A stretch of DNA of 64,000 nt from Octopus vulgaris. Its lineage: Eukaryota. Every line of letters begins with the position of its first letter. Position 1 is the first letter of the stretch. The notes beneath the pieces are model-generated. The model did no database searches. It was not told the DNA's origin and was given only the letters and a program-made list of their open reading frames with translations. The stretch covers positions 48,918,001 through 48,982,000 of the forward strand of contig OX597822.1 of the NCBI GenBank assembly GCA_951406725.2. Reading direction: 5' to 3'. Below, piece by piece: positions 24,808-37,208 of the stretch. The translations under genes and the position numbers were made by a program.

Positions 24808-25130
24808 TCTCCTCCTCCTCTCCTCCACCACACTCCTCCCTTGCCCCTCTTCCTCCTGCCTCTCCTCCTCCTGCCCCTCTTCCTCCTGCCCCTCCTCCTC
24901 CTGCCTCTCCTCCTCCGGCCCCTCCCCCTCCTGCCCCTCCCCCTGTCCCTCCTCTTTCAGCTACTCTTCTTCCTCCCCATTCCCACCCCTCCTTTTCCTC
25001 CTCCTCCACCTCTTCTACTTCCTCATCTTCCTCCTTCCTTTTCTCCTTCTGCCACCTCTTCCTCATCCACCTCTTCCTCACACCACTTCCCATACCACTC
25101 ACCCCTCTTTTCCTTCTGCTGTCTCCACCA
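24808..25130. repeat. (CCT)n-based polypyrimidine low-complexity tract
   Basis: Directly visible. Confidence 0.9.
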
Positions 25131-25268
25131 TCAACTTCTGTGTTTATTATATATATATGGCCATGACCAAAACATTACGATACAGGAGATTTAGAATTAT
25201 CAAATTTTTATAAAAAAGCAATTTCAATCTTGGCTTCAAGTTTCCTTTGTTCAAACTGATTTTTTCAG

Positions 25269-25416
25269 GTTTCGCTATTATCAAAATGTCTGCACAGTCA
25301 GTTACTCTTTTGCTTGGTTCAACTGGACACAATGGGAAACTCACATTGACTGGATGGCTTTGCATGGCATTAACTTCCCTCTTGCTTTCACTGGACAGGA
25401 AGCTATCTTTCAAAGA
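25269..25416 (+). CDS. NAGLU: NAGLU exon 5 ([40 protein letters not shown]), phase 2/0
   Basis: cAG acceptor, GTAAGA donor, 148 nt; strong GH89 motif. Confidence 0.98.
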
Positions 25417-25598
25417 GTAAGACCAATACTGAGCTACTTTATTCTTGTTTTCCTTTTTAACTGTCTTTTCTTCTAAAAGAAAAAAAACAAAACAGACATC
25501 TCATAATCATGGTTAACAACACCAACAGATTTGTTCTCATTGTCTCTACTCACAGATAACATTGAAAACTAAAACTTTCAAGTGTGTGTAAATATTTC

Positions 25599-26008
25599 AC
25601 AGGAGTGGCTGAGTGGTAAGTAGCTTGCTTACCAACCACATGGTTCCGGGTTCAGTCCCACTGTGTGGCACCTTGGGCAAGTGTCTTCTACTATAGCCTC
25701 GGGCCGACCAAAGCCTTGTGAGTGGATTTGGTTGATGGAAACTGAAAGAAGCCCGTCGTATATATGTGTATATATATATGTGTGTGTGTGTGTGTTTGTG
25801 TGTCTGTGTTTGTCCCCCTAGCATTGCTTGACAACCGATGCTGGTGTGTTTATGTCCCCGTTACTTAGCGGTTCGGCAAAAGAGACTGATAGAATAAGTA
25901 CTGGGCTTACAAAAGAATAAGTCCCGGGGTCTAGTTGCTCGATTAAAGGCGGTGCTCCAGCATAACCGCAGTCAAATGACTGGAACAAGTAAAAGAGTAA
26001 AAGAGTAA
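25599..26008 (+). mobile_element. Full-length tRNA-derived SINE (abundant family, GTAAAAGA tail)
   Basis: Head GGAGTGGCTGAGTGGTAAGTAGC..GGTTCAGTCCC, internal (TA)/(TG)n; close copies at 30690-31157(-), 52041-52465(-), 61249-61590(+), 63715-64000(-). Confidence 0.9.
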
Positions 26009-26262
26009 TATCTAATGATCTGTGTGTGTGTGTGTGTGTGTGTCTCTGTCTGTCTGTCTGTCTGTTTCTGTATGTGTGTCTGTGTATGTCTGTCTATCTA
26101 TCTCTGTCTCACTCTTTCCACCTCTGTCTCACCATTCATATAATACTGAAATTGACTGTTCTTTTTCCTAAATATTTGTGTTCTACTTAAGTTAAATACT
26201 CATCTCTGTTTGTGACACACTGACACACTAATAGTAAATCCTTATTTATCTATGTTTTCCAG

Positions 26263-26333
26263 GTGTTGATAAAGTTGGGATTTTCGCAAGCTGATATTGA
26301 TGGTTTCTTTGGAGGCCCAGCTTTCCTTGCCTG
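26263..26333 (+). CDS. NAGLU: NAGLU exon 6 (VLIKLGFSQADIDGFFGGPAFLAW), phase 0/2
   Basis: cAG acceptor, GTGAGT donor, 71 nt. Confidence 0.97.
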
Positions 26334-26892
26334 GTGAGTTCTTGGAGTTAGTTTTGATCCCCAAATTGCCATTATCCTTCACATCCACAAAATAGCCAAA
26401 CCATCCATGCTAAAAATTACTGCCCAGTAACATGGAGAATATCAAATATAAGATGTACATTGGTTCCTTAATCTGTTCATACAGGATTATTGTTAATTAT
26501 AATTATAATTGTAATTATTATCATTGTAAAGAGATTTGTTGTGCAAGGCTGGAACAATGCAAGCAGGTACAATGTAAACTACAAAAGAAAAAGAAAACAA
26601 CAAAGTTGCAGTTATACTTTGTATTTCTATATTTCGTGGTAAGGAGCCCTTCTTCAGGACATTTAGAAAAAGCAGTAGTTAGAAAAAGTCATTGCTCAGA
26701 TGTGTGAGGAAGAAGGGAGGAAGGTGACATGAACAGACTGGTATTCCTATGGAAACTAGTCTGCTTCCTGTAGTTCCTTTCTGTTGTTAATGGTTTGTCA
26801 CAGTTTATTTATAAAGAAGACCTTCATGATTCTGAGACTGCCATTGTTGCATTGACTTGCTCTGATGAAAACTTTAAAATTCTTTAAAGTAA

Positions 26893-27293
26893 GGTGACAA
26901 GCTGGCAGAAATGTTAGCATGCCAGGCGAAATGCTTAGCGGTATTTCGTCTGCTGTTACGTTCTGAGTTCGAATACTGCTGAGGTCGACTTTACCTTTCA
27001 TCCTTTCGGGGTTGATAAATTAAGTACCAGATATGCACTGGGGTCGATGTAATCGACTTAATCCGTTTGTCTGTCCTTGTTTGTCCTCTCTGTGTTTAGC
27101 CCCCTATGGGTAGTAAAGAAATAGGTATTTAGTCTGCTGTTATGTTCTGAGGTCGACTTTACCTTTCATCCTTTCAGGGTCAATAAAATTAAGTACCAGT
27201 TATGCACTGGGGTTGATGTAATCGACTTAATCCCTTTGTCTGTCCTTGTTTGTCCCCTCTCTGTTTATTCCCTTGTGGGCAATAAAGAAATAG
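26893..27293 (+). mobile_element. Meta-domain-like SINE with tandemly duplicated 3' part
   Basis: GTCGACTTTACCTTTCATCCTTTC..GTACCAG..TAAAGAAATAGG occurs twice in tandem. Confidence 0.8.
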
Positions 27294-28648
27294 GAAACTT
27301 TAAAATTCTAGGTTTTGTACTTTCTTAGGTGTTTCTTTATTGAAGTGTCCATGTGCAATTTCCTGGTAGTGCTTCCTATGTAGGATGTCCCACATTTGCT
27401 GCAAACTACTTTGTATACCACATGGCCCCTTGAGCAGTTACTTCTTAACCATTCTCTTTAATGCTTGAAGTTATTATGGTAGATTCTCAGTTTCTGCTAC
27501 AAGAATACTCAAGGAAATTGGATTATAGATAGCAGACATAACAAATTATCCTCTTTGATTTATTTACCAAATTCACAATCCAGGATGTGATCGAGTATAG
27601 GAGTCTGCTGGTTTGTGAGATTAAAGCACTGGAAAATTATTGCCATGTAACACATTTTTGCTGGCCAATCTGTGGAAGGGTGATAATTTAAAGAAATTAG
27701 AAAAGAGAATGGAGAAGGTTATTGGGTGTAAAATAAATGTATGTAAAATTTATCAGGTAATTATTCACCCCTCTAATTCCTTTGATAAGTATTAGGTTTA
27801 CTGCAGTTTCAGTGAATTTAATTGAATAAAATTAAATTGAATAAAGTTAGGTACAATAGTGGTAGGTTAGATTAAAAATTACAAATTAGAAGTGTACTTG
27901 GTATACTACATTATAGATGATCTGTAAGGAATAGAGAGTGCTCTGGTAACTTTAATTTGTGTTTGGTGGAGGCATGGAAATTCACTTGTAAATCCAACTT
28001 AACTAACAAACATAATAAATTATCAATTCACTGTTCTCTCTTACTTAATAAAATATTCTTAAAATTTCCTTGCAAAAATCTCACATAATTAACTTAACTA
28101 GGAATAAATATCATATGGATTCTGCCTCTTCCTTTTTAAATCATCTATAATGCAGTATACCAAGTACACTGCTAATTTGTAATTTTTAATCTAACCTACC
28201 ACTATTTGTAACTCTTCTCTGTTCTGCTTTTGTTTTGGCTCCTTTTTTCATGCTTTGACTTCCCGTCTCCTTGCATAAAGCTACCTCCTATCAGGTTGTT
28301 GTCTTGCAAAAGCTGTGTGGTAACCTCACTAGTGCTGGTAGCATGAAAAAGTTACCCAGTATTGCTGTAAAGCGGGCATTCAAAAGTTCATCCATCTGTA
28401 AAAATATGCCAAAACAAAAACTGGAGCATGATGCCATCCTTGGGTCCATTGGATCCTATCAAACTGTCCAACCCAATTCAGCGTACAATATGAACATTAA
28501 ATGATGAGGGTGATGATATATGTATTACTGCAAATATAAACTCACCATTATTGAAATAGTAAATCATTTCTGAGACATACATCTGTTTTGCTTTCTTTCA
28601 AATTAAATTTAATACTTAATATTTAAAAATTTTTCTTTTGACTTTAAG

Positions 28649-28810
28649 GTCTCGTATGGGGAATATCCAAGGTTGGGGTGGTCCACTGCCACAAACCTGG
28701 ATCAATGACCAACTGGCTCTGCAACACCGCATTCTTGATCGTATGAGAAAGTTAGGTATGGTCCCTATTTTGGCAGGGTTTGGAGGTCATATGCCAGCCA
28801 GCATCACTAA
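28649..28810 (+). CDS. NAGLU: NAGLU exon 7 (SRMGNIQGWGGPLP..QHRILDRMRKLGMVPILAGFGGHMP), phase 2/2
   Basis: aAG acceptor, GTAAGT donor, 162 nt. Confidence 0.97.
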
Positions 28811-29014
28811 GTAAGTCCATATTTTCATCATTTTCATTTATTAAATTAAGTTTCATCTTCAGAAGTTAAATGATCTTCTTGGCTAATATTACCATTAATA
28901 TGTTTGCTATATCAATTAACACTAATTTCCATGGATATAAAACAGAAGTACTTTCAAGCTAATATGAGAATGTAAATAATGTACATAATTCCTCATCTCT
29001 TAAATATAGAACTG

Positions 29015-30268
29015 TATTAAAGTTGTACCTCATTGTAATGGTGTTCATTGTAATGGCACTTAATTTGATGAATAAAATTTCTGCATTGTTGAAATATATT
29101 GTGATGAATTTCCTGCTTCAAAATTTTGCTTATTTTTTACTCAGCCTGATATACTCTCCTTCATTTTCTACAATCAATCTGGTAGATTTGCAAGGCCCCT
29201 CTTCCAAAATTCACTTGTTCATGATGAAAAATACTCCTCTAGTATTGTTCTGACCTTGACTACAGAATTCATATTTTTTTTGTCTAAATGGTTTTGAAAA
29301 CTGCAGAATAAATGATAGTCAGATGGGGCAATATCTGGTGAATATGGTGGGTGAGGCATCATTTCATATTTAAACTGAATGTCACCCTTGCTGTATGTGG
29401 CTGAGCATTATCCTGATGGAAGAGTGCCTTTTGTCTTGAAACCAAAGATGGTCGTTTTTTTCTTCTAGTGCTGAATTAAGTTGCTCAAGCTGCTCACAGT
29501 AGATCTCCTTTGTTATCATTTGGTTTGGGTTTAAAAGATCACAGTGGACTCTCATATCCCACCAAAGACCTTCTTTAGCCTGGGGTGCCAATGTTTCTCC
29601 TTTCCCTACCCACTGTCTTTGGTGCTTGACTTTTCTATAGAGAACCCATTTCTTGTCACCAGTCACTATTCAGTCCAAAAAAAGTTAATTCATGAGATGT
29701 GACAGCAAAAAAAGAACCCCCATTCACTCTCTGTGCGTGACTAGACTTGGAGAGTTTGTGAGAGACCCACTGATCCAATTTGCTGACTTTTCTGATGGCA
29801 TGCAGGTGTCAATGAATGGTTGAATGACCAAATCCAAACGTCTCTGCTAGCTTCAGGGTTTGCAGGACATCCTCGTCAAGCTCTACAGATCTTCTGGGAT
29901 AAGGCTCATCTTCTAGGCTATAGTTTCCAGCTTGGAATTTCTGGAACTACCGTTGACACTAGCTTACACTTATTGTCTGATCCCCATATACTGCATTAAT
30001 ATTCCTTGCACTTACTGTTGTGATGTTGCCTTTATTGAACTCGTAAAGCAAAATATGCTGAATATGCTCCTTTGTCATTTCCATTATAGCTTTGAAAAAC
30101 ATAACTTAAAATCAAACTACACTCTTCAAAACTTGCACTAAGAATAAGTACAAGGTAAAATTACTTCCTGCTTTTATAGCAAGTTGATGCAGGTAGTTTA
30201 TCCTGTCCTCTTCTGACTTTTAGTTCATGCAATTGAAAAAACTGCATTATTTATGGGACAACCCAATA
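29015..30268 (-). mobile_element. Decayed Tc1/mariner transposon
   Basis: VTGDKKWVLY, QDNAQPH and PHPPYSPDIAPSDYHLF motifs on minus strand; TIR-like end TTATGGGACAACCCAATA at ~30250-30268. Confidence 0.9.
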
Positions 30269-30587
30269 CATACAGGCATTTGTACATACATATCAGATGG
30301 CTATTGACTCTACTGAGTTCATCTGCCTTTTAACAGGTTTTAGTTTTCATCCTGCAGTTGGTTAAAAAATCCCCCTCCTCATGCAACAGGGTTGGTGCAG
30401 TTGCTGCTTTGGTTACTGAGGATCTGACTATGCAACTGGTTGTACTGGGTTACATCTTACCAGTAGTGCTCATGTGTAACTTGACATGTGAGTGTGTGTA
30501 TGTGTGTATTGTTGCATGAGTGTGTCTGTATATGTATATGTTATATTTTGGTAACTTCAATTGTAATTCTTTTTGTTTTATTTCTAG

Positions 30588-30653
30588 ACTCTATCCTAAT
30601 ACAACAGTAACAAAATCACCAAACTGGAGTAAATTTAAACAACCTTATACTGG
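30588..30653 (+). CDS. NAGLU: NAGLU exon 8 (LYPNTTVTKSPNWSKFKQPYT), phase 2/2
   Basis: tAG acceptor, GTAAGA donor, 66 nt. Confidence 0.93.
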
Positions 30654-30689
30654 GTAAGAAGATGAAATGGGATTTACTTTTTTTTTTCT

Positions 30690-30939
30690 TACTTTTTTAC
30701 TCTTTTACTTGTTTCAATCATTTGACTGCGGCCATGCTGGAGCACCGCCTTTAGTTGAGCAAATCGACCCCGGGACTTATTCTTTGTAAGCCTAGTACTT
30801 ATTCTATCGATCTCTTTTGCCAAACCGCTAAGTTACAGGGAAGTAAACACACTGGCATTGGTTGTCAAGCGATGTTGGGGTGACAAACACAGACACACAA
30901 ACATATACACACACATATATATATATTTATATATATATA

Positions 30940-30981
<42 letters not shown>

Positions 30982-31157
30982 TACATATATACGATGGGTT
31001 TCTTTCAGTTTCCATCTACCAAATCCACTCCCACAAGGCTTTGGTCGGCCCGAGGCTATAGTAGAAGACACTTGCCCAAGGTACCACACAATGAGAATGA
31101 ACCCAGAATAATGTGGTTGGTAAGCAAAATACTTACCACACAGCCACTCCCGCGCCT
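30690..31157 (-). mobile_element. tRNA-derived SINE (same family as 25599), antisense
   Basis: Reverse complement of the 25599-26008 copy. Confidence 0.9.
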
Positions 31158-31745
31158 ATAATATTTCTTATATTTTTCTTTCTTAGTTCATTAAATTATT
31201 ATAATTCAACAAGATTTTATTATTTCCTATGGTGAAAAGTGAAAGTAGGCATGTCTGCCCCTTCTTAAGAAAATCTCTCTTTAACAACTTTTATGAAGTA
31301 GAAGATTAGAGTGACACCCTGGAGCAGAAGTTATCTCATGTTTTGTAGGTACTTTAATATTTCCTATATTTTGTTGCAGACAGTTTACTACCTGCTAAGG
31401 TGATGTGAAAGGAGGTAGATAGATTAGGCTTACAAGAGACATGTCATTGCTGACCAGCTAGGCATTGGTAGTTAGGGTGAAGGTTGCCAAGCAAAGAGAA
31501 AAGAGAGTAAGAGATGTGTTATATCTCTGACATCTCTGAGAGAATGCATATTGACTCTCTGATGGTGCTGAGTAAAAAAAAAACGGGAAGAATTCTATCT
31601 AGTAATTTGTTTTTTAACAATTCCATAATTAAAATGGATCAAAGTAACAAAGGATATTTCACATCTTGTCTAGGTTGAACTGGACTTGACTCAAGAAGGT
31701 AAAGAAAATGATGGCTGAATCAGCTTTATAATATTTTATTCTATT

Positions 31746-32110
31746 ACTAGCACTATGACCTGGCATTGCCGGGTCATAATGTTAGTGCATGCATATATAG
31801 CTGCATGCGTGCACACATACACGCGAGTACTGTCCAAATCTCCGACCAATCACATGCAGCTAGCTGGCATTCGATTGGTGTATCAAGTTTCGGACATTTT
31901 GATTGGGTTTTGGATAGAAAATTCACAAAAAAGTCACTCCTATTGATTTTTTAATGGTTTTGCGGGGTGACTGGGGAAATGTAAAGATGTGCATGACCAC
32001 CCTTGGACGGTTTTGAATGACCATAGAAAGTGCGAGCCCTCTAACTGAAAAATTGTGAATTTGTATAAAGGACACAAACACAGACATTTTGCCGTTTATA
32101 TATATAGAGA
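31746..32110 (+). mobile_element. Helitron/Helentron-like non-autonomous element (second family)
   Basis: ACTAGCACTATGACCTGGCATTGCCGGGTC start with hairpin; ends TTTATATATATAGAG. Confidence 0.5.
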
Positions 32111-32198
32111 TATATGCTGGTGCAACGTCCCATCCAGACCTCAGGTGACATGGTGATGGAACAGTTTAGTAGTGGGCAGAGCCATTAGAGTAAAGCAG

Positions 32199-33046
32199 TG
32201 TAGATAGATAGTTGAATAGTCTCCCTTGCAAGAGAGATCATAGAATAACCTCCCTTTCTAAGTTTCTTGAAACATCAATATCATGAAACTTAATTCTTAA
32301 TTATTCAAGAAGCTTGGCATTTCTTTCAGAAGTTTCTAGAATGTCTAGTGTTCTATTAATAAAACAGCTTGCTAACCCAGCTTTTTGCTTCTTAGTTAAT
32401 TAGACTTAGAGCCATTCACGTTGTTGCTAGGTCCATCTATTTCTCTATGCTTCATAGCAGATATGACTGAAAGCCACCACCTTACGGCTGTTTTACACTT
32501 CATATCTCTGCACTTTCTTGCATAAGATTACTTTGTTCAACTAGCTACTACAATTTGATTCTATGTATTATCATCAAAAGAAGAATTAAATATATTTTTA
32601 TGTACCATCCGAAGAATTAAATATATTTTTAAGCACCATCTGAACGTGGCCGATGCCAGCGCCACCTCGACTGGCTTCCGTGCCGGTGGCACGTAAAAAG
32701 CACCAATCCGATCGTGGTCGTTGCCAGCCTCGCCTGGCACCTGTGCCGGTGGCACGTAAAAAGCACCCACTACACTCATGGAGTGGTTGGTGTTAAGAAG
32801 GGCATCTAGCTGTAGAAACACTGCCAGATCAGACTGGAGCCTGGTGCAGACTTCTGGCTTCCCAGATCCCCAGTCGAACCGTCCAACCCATGCTAGCATG
32901 GAGAACGGACGTTAAACGATGATGATGATGATGATGTAATAAATGTATAGATCTTGTATTTATTCTTTCATCTCTGTATGAACTCTTGTGATAATATAAC
33001 ACAGAGACACATCAAACATATTGCACTATCTATATATTTCACTACA
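32199..33046 (+). mobile_element. Solo LTR of the 11369-11856 Gypsy family, interrupted by an RTE-tail insertion (~32633-32937)
   Basis: TGTAG start, CACTACA end; body aligns with the reverse complement of 11369-11856 (e.g. ATTCTTAATTATTCAAGAAGCTT..AGTTTCTAGAATGTCTA). Confidence 0.8.
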
Positions 33047-34181
33047 AGAGCAAAGAAATGGGCCTGGAAGGACTGGAAGAGTGGTGGTAGCAGGGAACTA
33101 TATCAGGTAGCTAGAAAGGAAGCTAGGAGACAGATATATTTAGCTAGAGGAGAAGCAGATAGGAAGAAATTTGCCAATGTTCTGTGGCATGAAGGCCAGA
33201 GGTTTGTGGCATTCCAGATTGTAAGACTGTGTGAGAGAGAATTGTAATGTTATAGGAGAGAAGTGCATTTGCATGGATGATAGTTCACTTGCAGTTAGTG
33301 ATTCTGCAAAGAAAGAGGCTTGGAAGTGCTACTATGAAAGATTGTAGTAGCTTGGTAGATAAAGCAATTAAGGATATGAAGACAGGGAATGCCCCTGGCC
33401 TATCAGGCAACACTGCTGAGATCCTTAAAATATCTAGTGGAGTAGGATATGGCCTTGTTACCTGTATAGTTAATTAGGTTGTCCACAAGGGAGTTATACC
33501 TAAGGACTGGTATAGCAGCATTATAGCCAACAGCTACAAAGGTGAAGATGATGCCTTAGATAGAAATAATTACAGAGGTATCAAATTGTTGGACCAGGTG
33601 ACGAAAGTTACAGTGGGGGGTCATACCTCAACTAATTAAGAAGGGAGTTAGCCTAGTTGAAATGCTGTTTGGTTTTGTGCCAAGGAGAAGCACTACTGGT
33701 GCAATCTTCCTGGTAAGGCAACTGAAGGAGAAGAATTTAGCCAAAAATAAACCTTTGTACTTGGCTTTTGTTGATATGGAGAAAGCCTTTGACAGGGTCC
33801 CCTGCTCCCTTATCTAGGGATAGATCAGTGGTTGGTTAGAGTTGAGCTTGAGAAGACCTGTCAAGCTAAGTGAAATCGTGGCCAGTGCCAATGACACATA
33901 AAAGGCATCTATGCCAGTGACATATAAAAGGCACTTGTGTTGGTGATACATAAAAGGGACTGTGCCACTGAGCCATAAAAGCCACTTGTGCTGGTGACAC
34001 ATAAAAGACACCCAATACATTCTGTAAAGTGGTTGGCATTAGGAAGGGTATCCAGCTGTAGAAACCATGCCAAAACATGACTAGAGCCTTGGTGCAGCTT
34101 ACCAACTCCAGTGAAGCCATCTAGCCCATGCTAGGATGGAGAACAGATGTTAAATGATGATGATGATGATGATGATGATGA
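33047..34181 (+). mobile_element. RTE LINE RT fragment and RTE tail
   Basis: KDMKTGNAPGLSG, NNYRGIKLL, FGFVPRRSTTGAIF, YLAFVDMEKAFDRVP; (GAT)n tail. Confidence 0.85.
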
Positions 34182-34225
34182 TATGGTTTTACACTTACTT
34201 ATGCATTTTTCTGTTTATTTTCCAG

Positions 34226-34289
34226 TATCTACATCATAGACTTCCAAGATCCCATGTTTAATACAATTGGGAAGATGTTAATTGAAGAG
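34226..34289 (+). CDS. NAGLU: NAGLU exon 9 (IYIIDFQDPMFNTIGKMLIEE), phase 2/0
   Basis: cAG acceptor, GTAAAG donor, 64 nt. Confidence 0.93.
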
Positions 34290-34779
34290 GTAAAGTTAAT
34301 TTTGCAAATTAAAACGTTATACATTTGTCTGATTTTATAGAAGTAATAGTTAATCTTTCCCTGTGTCTGTCTGTCTGTCTGTTTGTTGATAAATCGATCG
34401 ATCAATAGATATATATATATATATATATATGATCTTTTATGGTATAGATTCATTTTAACAAGTAAAAAACACTCAATTTGTAGAATAGCAGTTGATGTAG
34501 TTGTTAAACAGTATTCAATGAACAAAATTGCAGTTTAAGTTTCTAGCTTGGAAATCACTGTTTATGCTTGGTATAAGTGCAGCTATTATTGCAGTTCCTG
34601 TATTTGTGAGGCTGAAAATTCAAAATGTCTACTGGTTATCTATGAGAAAAGGCAAAGAAATGTAAAAGTAGGGAAAAATTATGGGAACGAACACACACAC
34701 ACACACACGCCTGTATACATACCCAACTTATCCATACACACCTATACATTCACTTATACGCATATGTACACATCCACCC

Positions 34780-34822
<43 letters not shown>

Positions 34823-36489
34823 ATACACATTAAGATAGGAGTTATGAAAGTAACCCACTATGGGATATCGGTTATCCAATATACTGCTGGTAAAGCACCC
34901 AAATACTAAATACATAAATGCTTATAATTGCAATGCAATTAATTCATTTATTGTATTGAATGGGTGTAGGTAAAAAATATTTTACCGTAAATTCATAATA
35001 CAAATAAGAAAATGGAGGAACAAATTCATTCCGATCATCAGCTTACGGATATTACATTTTCACATTATTTATTAATTTTACAAATAGGAACATGGAAACA
35101 AATATATATGTATATGGCAAAAAAGAAAATGAAAGGGATACAAAAATGACATACATCAGCTGGTGGACATTCTATTATGTCTATTTATTCTAAAACATAA
35201 GGAATTATTGTAAGAATACATACACAGGCAAAGACTGTGTGTTACACAAATATGTACTAGTAATACATAAAAGAGTAAAAGATTAAATGATCAATTCCTT
35301 ATGGATAGATAGAATTTGGATGTTTAGTGTGCCTCTAGGCTTCTTCAGAGGGTCTAAATGGTTAGGAGAGCTGATACATACAAGAGTCAGTTACCAATAG
35401 GTAAAGTATATTTTTCTTATTGAAGAAAGTATAAGAAGAATAGGAGCAAAAGTTAGAGTGTAAGAGGAGTCAAATTTAGTAAAATGGATTAGGTATAAGG
35501 AAGGGAAATAAGTCATAGACTTCAAGTGTTGTCTTCCAAGATTTATGTTATTTTGTCCTGTGGTGGATAGGTGGATACAGTTTTTCTGAAGAGGAATGTT
35601 TTAGGAAGAGTGACTTTAGGCAGAGGTTCTTATTTTGTTTACATATAAATACACTTTATGTTTACAGTGGTGGGTTTGAAAGTATGGTCCGTGTTTCAAT
35701 GGTGGAAGTTTATATGTATGAAATTTTAAGGGTCTTCTTCAAAGGATGTTAGGTCTTTAACTGTTGTGGGGTTTTTGTAAGTATTGATATTATAATGATC
35801 CATGGCAGTGGTTGCCACTTTCTCATAAAAAAAATAGGACCTTCCAGCACATATGTGCCACAACGTCCTCCTGTCCTCTTTTTATACTTGGCCACTGTGG
35901 TAAATAAGGGAAAAGAGACAGAAAGAAAGAATAAATGTGTTGAAGAAAGAAAAAAGGAGGGGAAGAAATATGAAGATAGAAAGTAAAACTTGAGAAACAG
36001 GGATTATGTCAGTCTACCATACTATTAGGAAATGATTGAAAATCATTTTGGAAACTGTATTAAGAGGTCAGGGCTTCTTATTAGAATCACAAGACAAGGT
36101 TATACCTTAAACTATATCAGCCCCACAAAAAGAGTAGCACACAAAAGGCATACTTTAAATGCTACCCAATCAGATTTGAGAATCCTGGCAGCATTCACTC
36201 AATATGTTTGGAAATCAGTGTTGTTTATAAACTTAGTTGTACTTGTGAAGTAAGAGAGAATCTGCCAAATTATGACTTCATTCCAGGATCTCAGAACATT
36301 TTGACAAAGCCAAATCACCCAATGAAGATTCTAGTGGGAAAAAAGACACAGTAGCTCTTCAGATGGCAGAAGCACACTACATTAAAAACTAAAACCTACT
36401 TTGAACCACTGGGCACATGGAAACACATATACTGTATCTCCAAACAGTAAGAGTATCTTGTTACCTGGTCAGTGGTGTGATAATAAATG

Positions 36490-36876
36490 GAGGAAGCACT
36501 CCGTCGGTTACGACGATGAGGGTTCCGGTTGATCCGAATCAACGGAACAGCCTGCTCGTGAAATTAACGTGTAAGTAGCTGAGCACTCCACAGACACGTG
36601 CACCCTTAACGTAGTTCTCGGGGATATTCAGCGTGACACAGAGAGTGACAAGGCCGGCCCCTTGAAATACAGGTACAACAGAAACAGGAAGTAAGAGTGA
36701 GAGAAAGTTGTGGTGAAAGAGTACAGCAGGGATCACCACCATCCCCTGCCGGAGCCTCGTGGAGCTTTTAGGTGTTTTTGCTCAATAAACACTCACAACG
36801 CCCGGTCTGGGAATCGAAACCGCGATCCTATGACAGCGAGTCCGCTGCCCTAACCATTGGGCCATTGCACCTCCAC
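36490..36876 (-). mobile_element. tRNA-derived SINE with 11-bp TSD
   Basis: TSD GATAATAAATG at 36479-36489 and 36877-36887; A/B-box head on minus strand. Confidence 0.88.
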
Positions 36877-37137
36877 GATAATAAATGAATGGGATTTTAA
36901 ACAGAAATCCTCAGAACATAGTTTAACAATAATAATTTATCCAACAAGGTTCAGTTCACAGTTGTTTGTTAAGTAAATTTCTGATTTGCCTGCCTGTGTG
37001 TATGCTTGTTGGTCCATTTATCTATTTGTCTACCTGTCCATCCACCCATCCATCCCTCCAAGTTTATCCATCCATCTGTCAATCTATCTACTGGTTTACC
37101 TACCTACTAATGATAATATATATTATACTTTTGCAAG

Positions 37138-37208
37138 ACCATTTCGGAGTTTGGAACCAATCATGTTTATGCTGCTGGAACATTTAATGAAATGAGACCA
37201 AAGTCAAG
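37138..37208 (+). CDS. NAGLU: NAGLU exon 10 (TISEFGTNHVYAAGTFNEMRPKS), phase 0/2; contains first catalytic Glu
   Basis: aAG acceptor, GTTTGA donor, 71 nt; TFNEM motif (human E316 equivalent). Confidence 0.93.

Noticed and set aside
24704-25194. Pro-rich / Gly-rich ORFs of 117-145 aa
   Set aside because: Translation of a CCT low-complexity tract inside NAGLU intron 4; open in several frames and on both strands.
25599-25680. tRNA-like A/B boxes (also ~20080-20150, 36800-36876, 53930-53975)
   Set aside because: SINE heads continuing into repeat bodies, not tRNA genes.
34830-35800. Possible Penelope-like element remnant
   Set aside because: Only vague similarity and partial CTGATGA motifs; not enough to call without a search.
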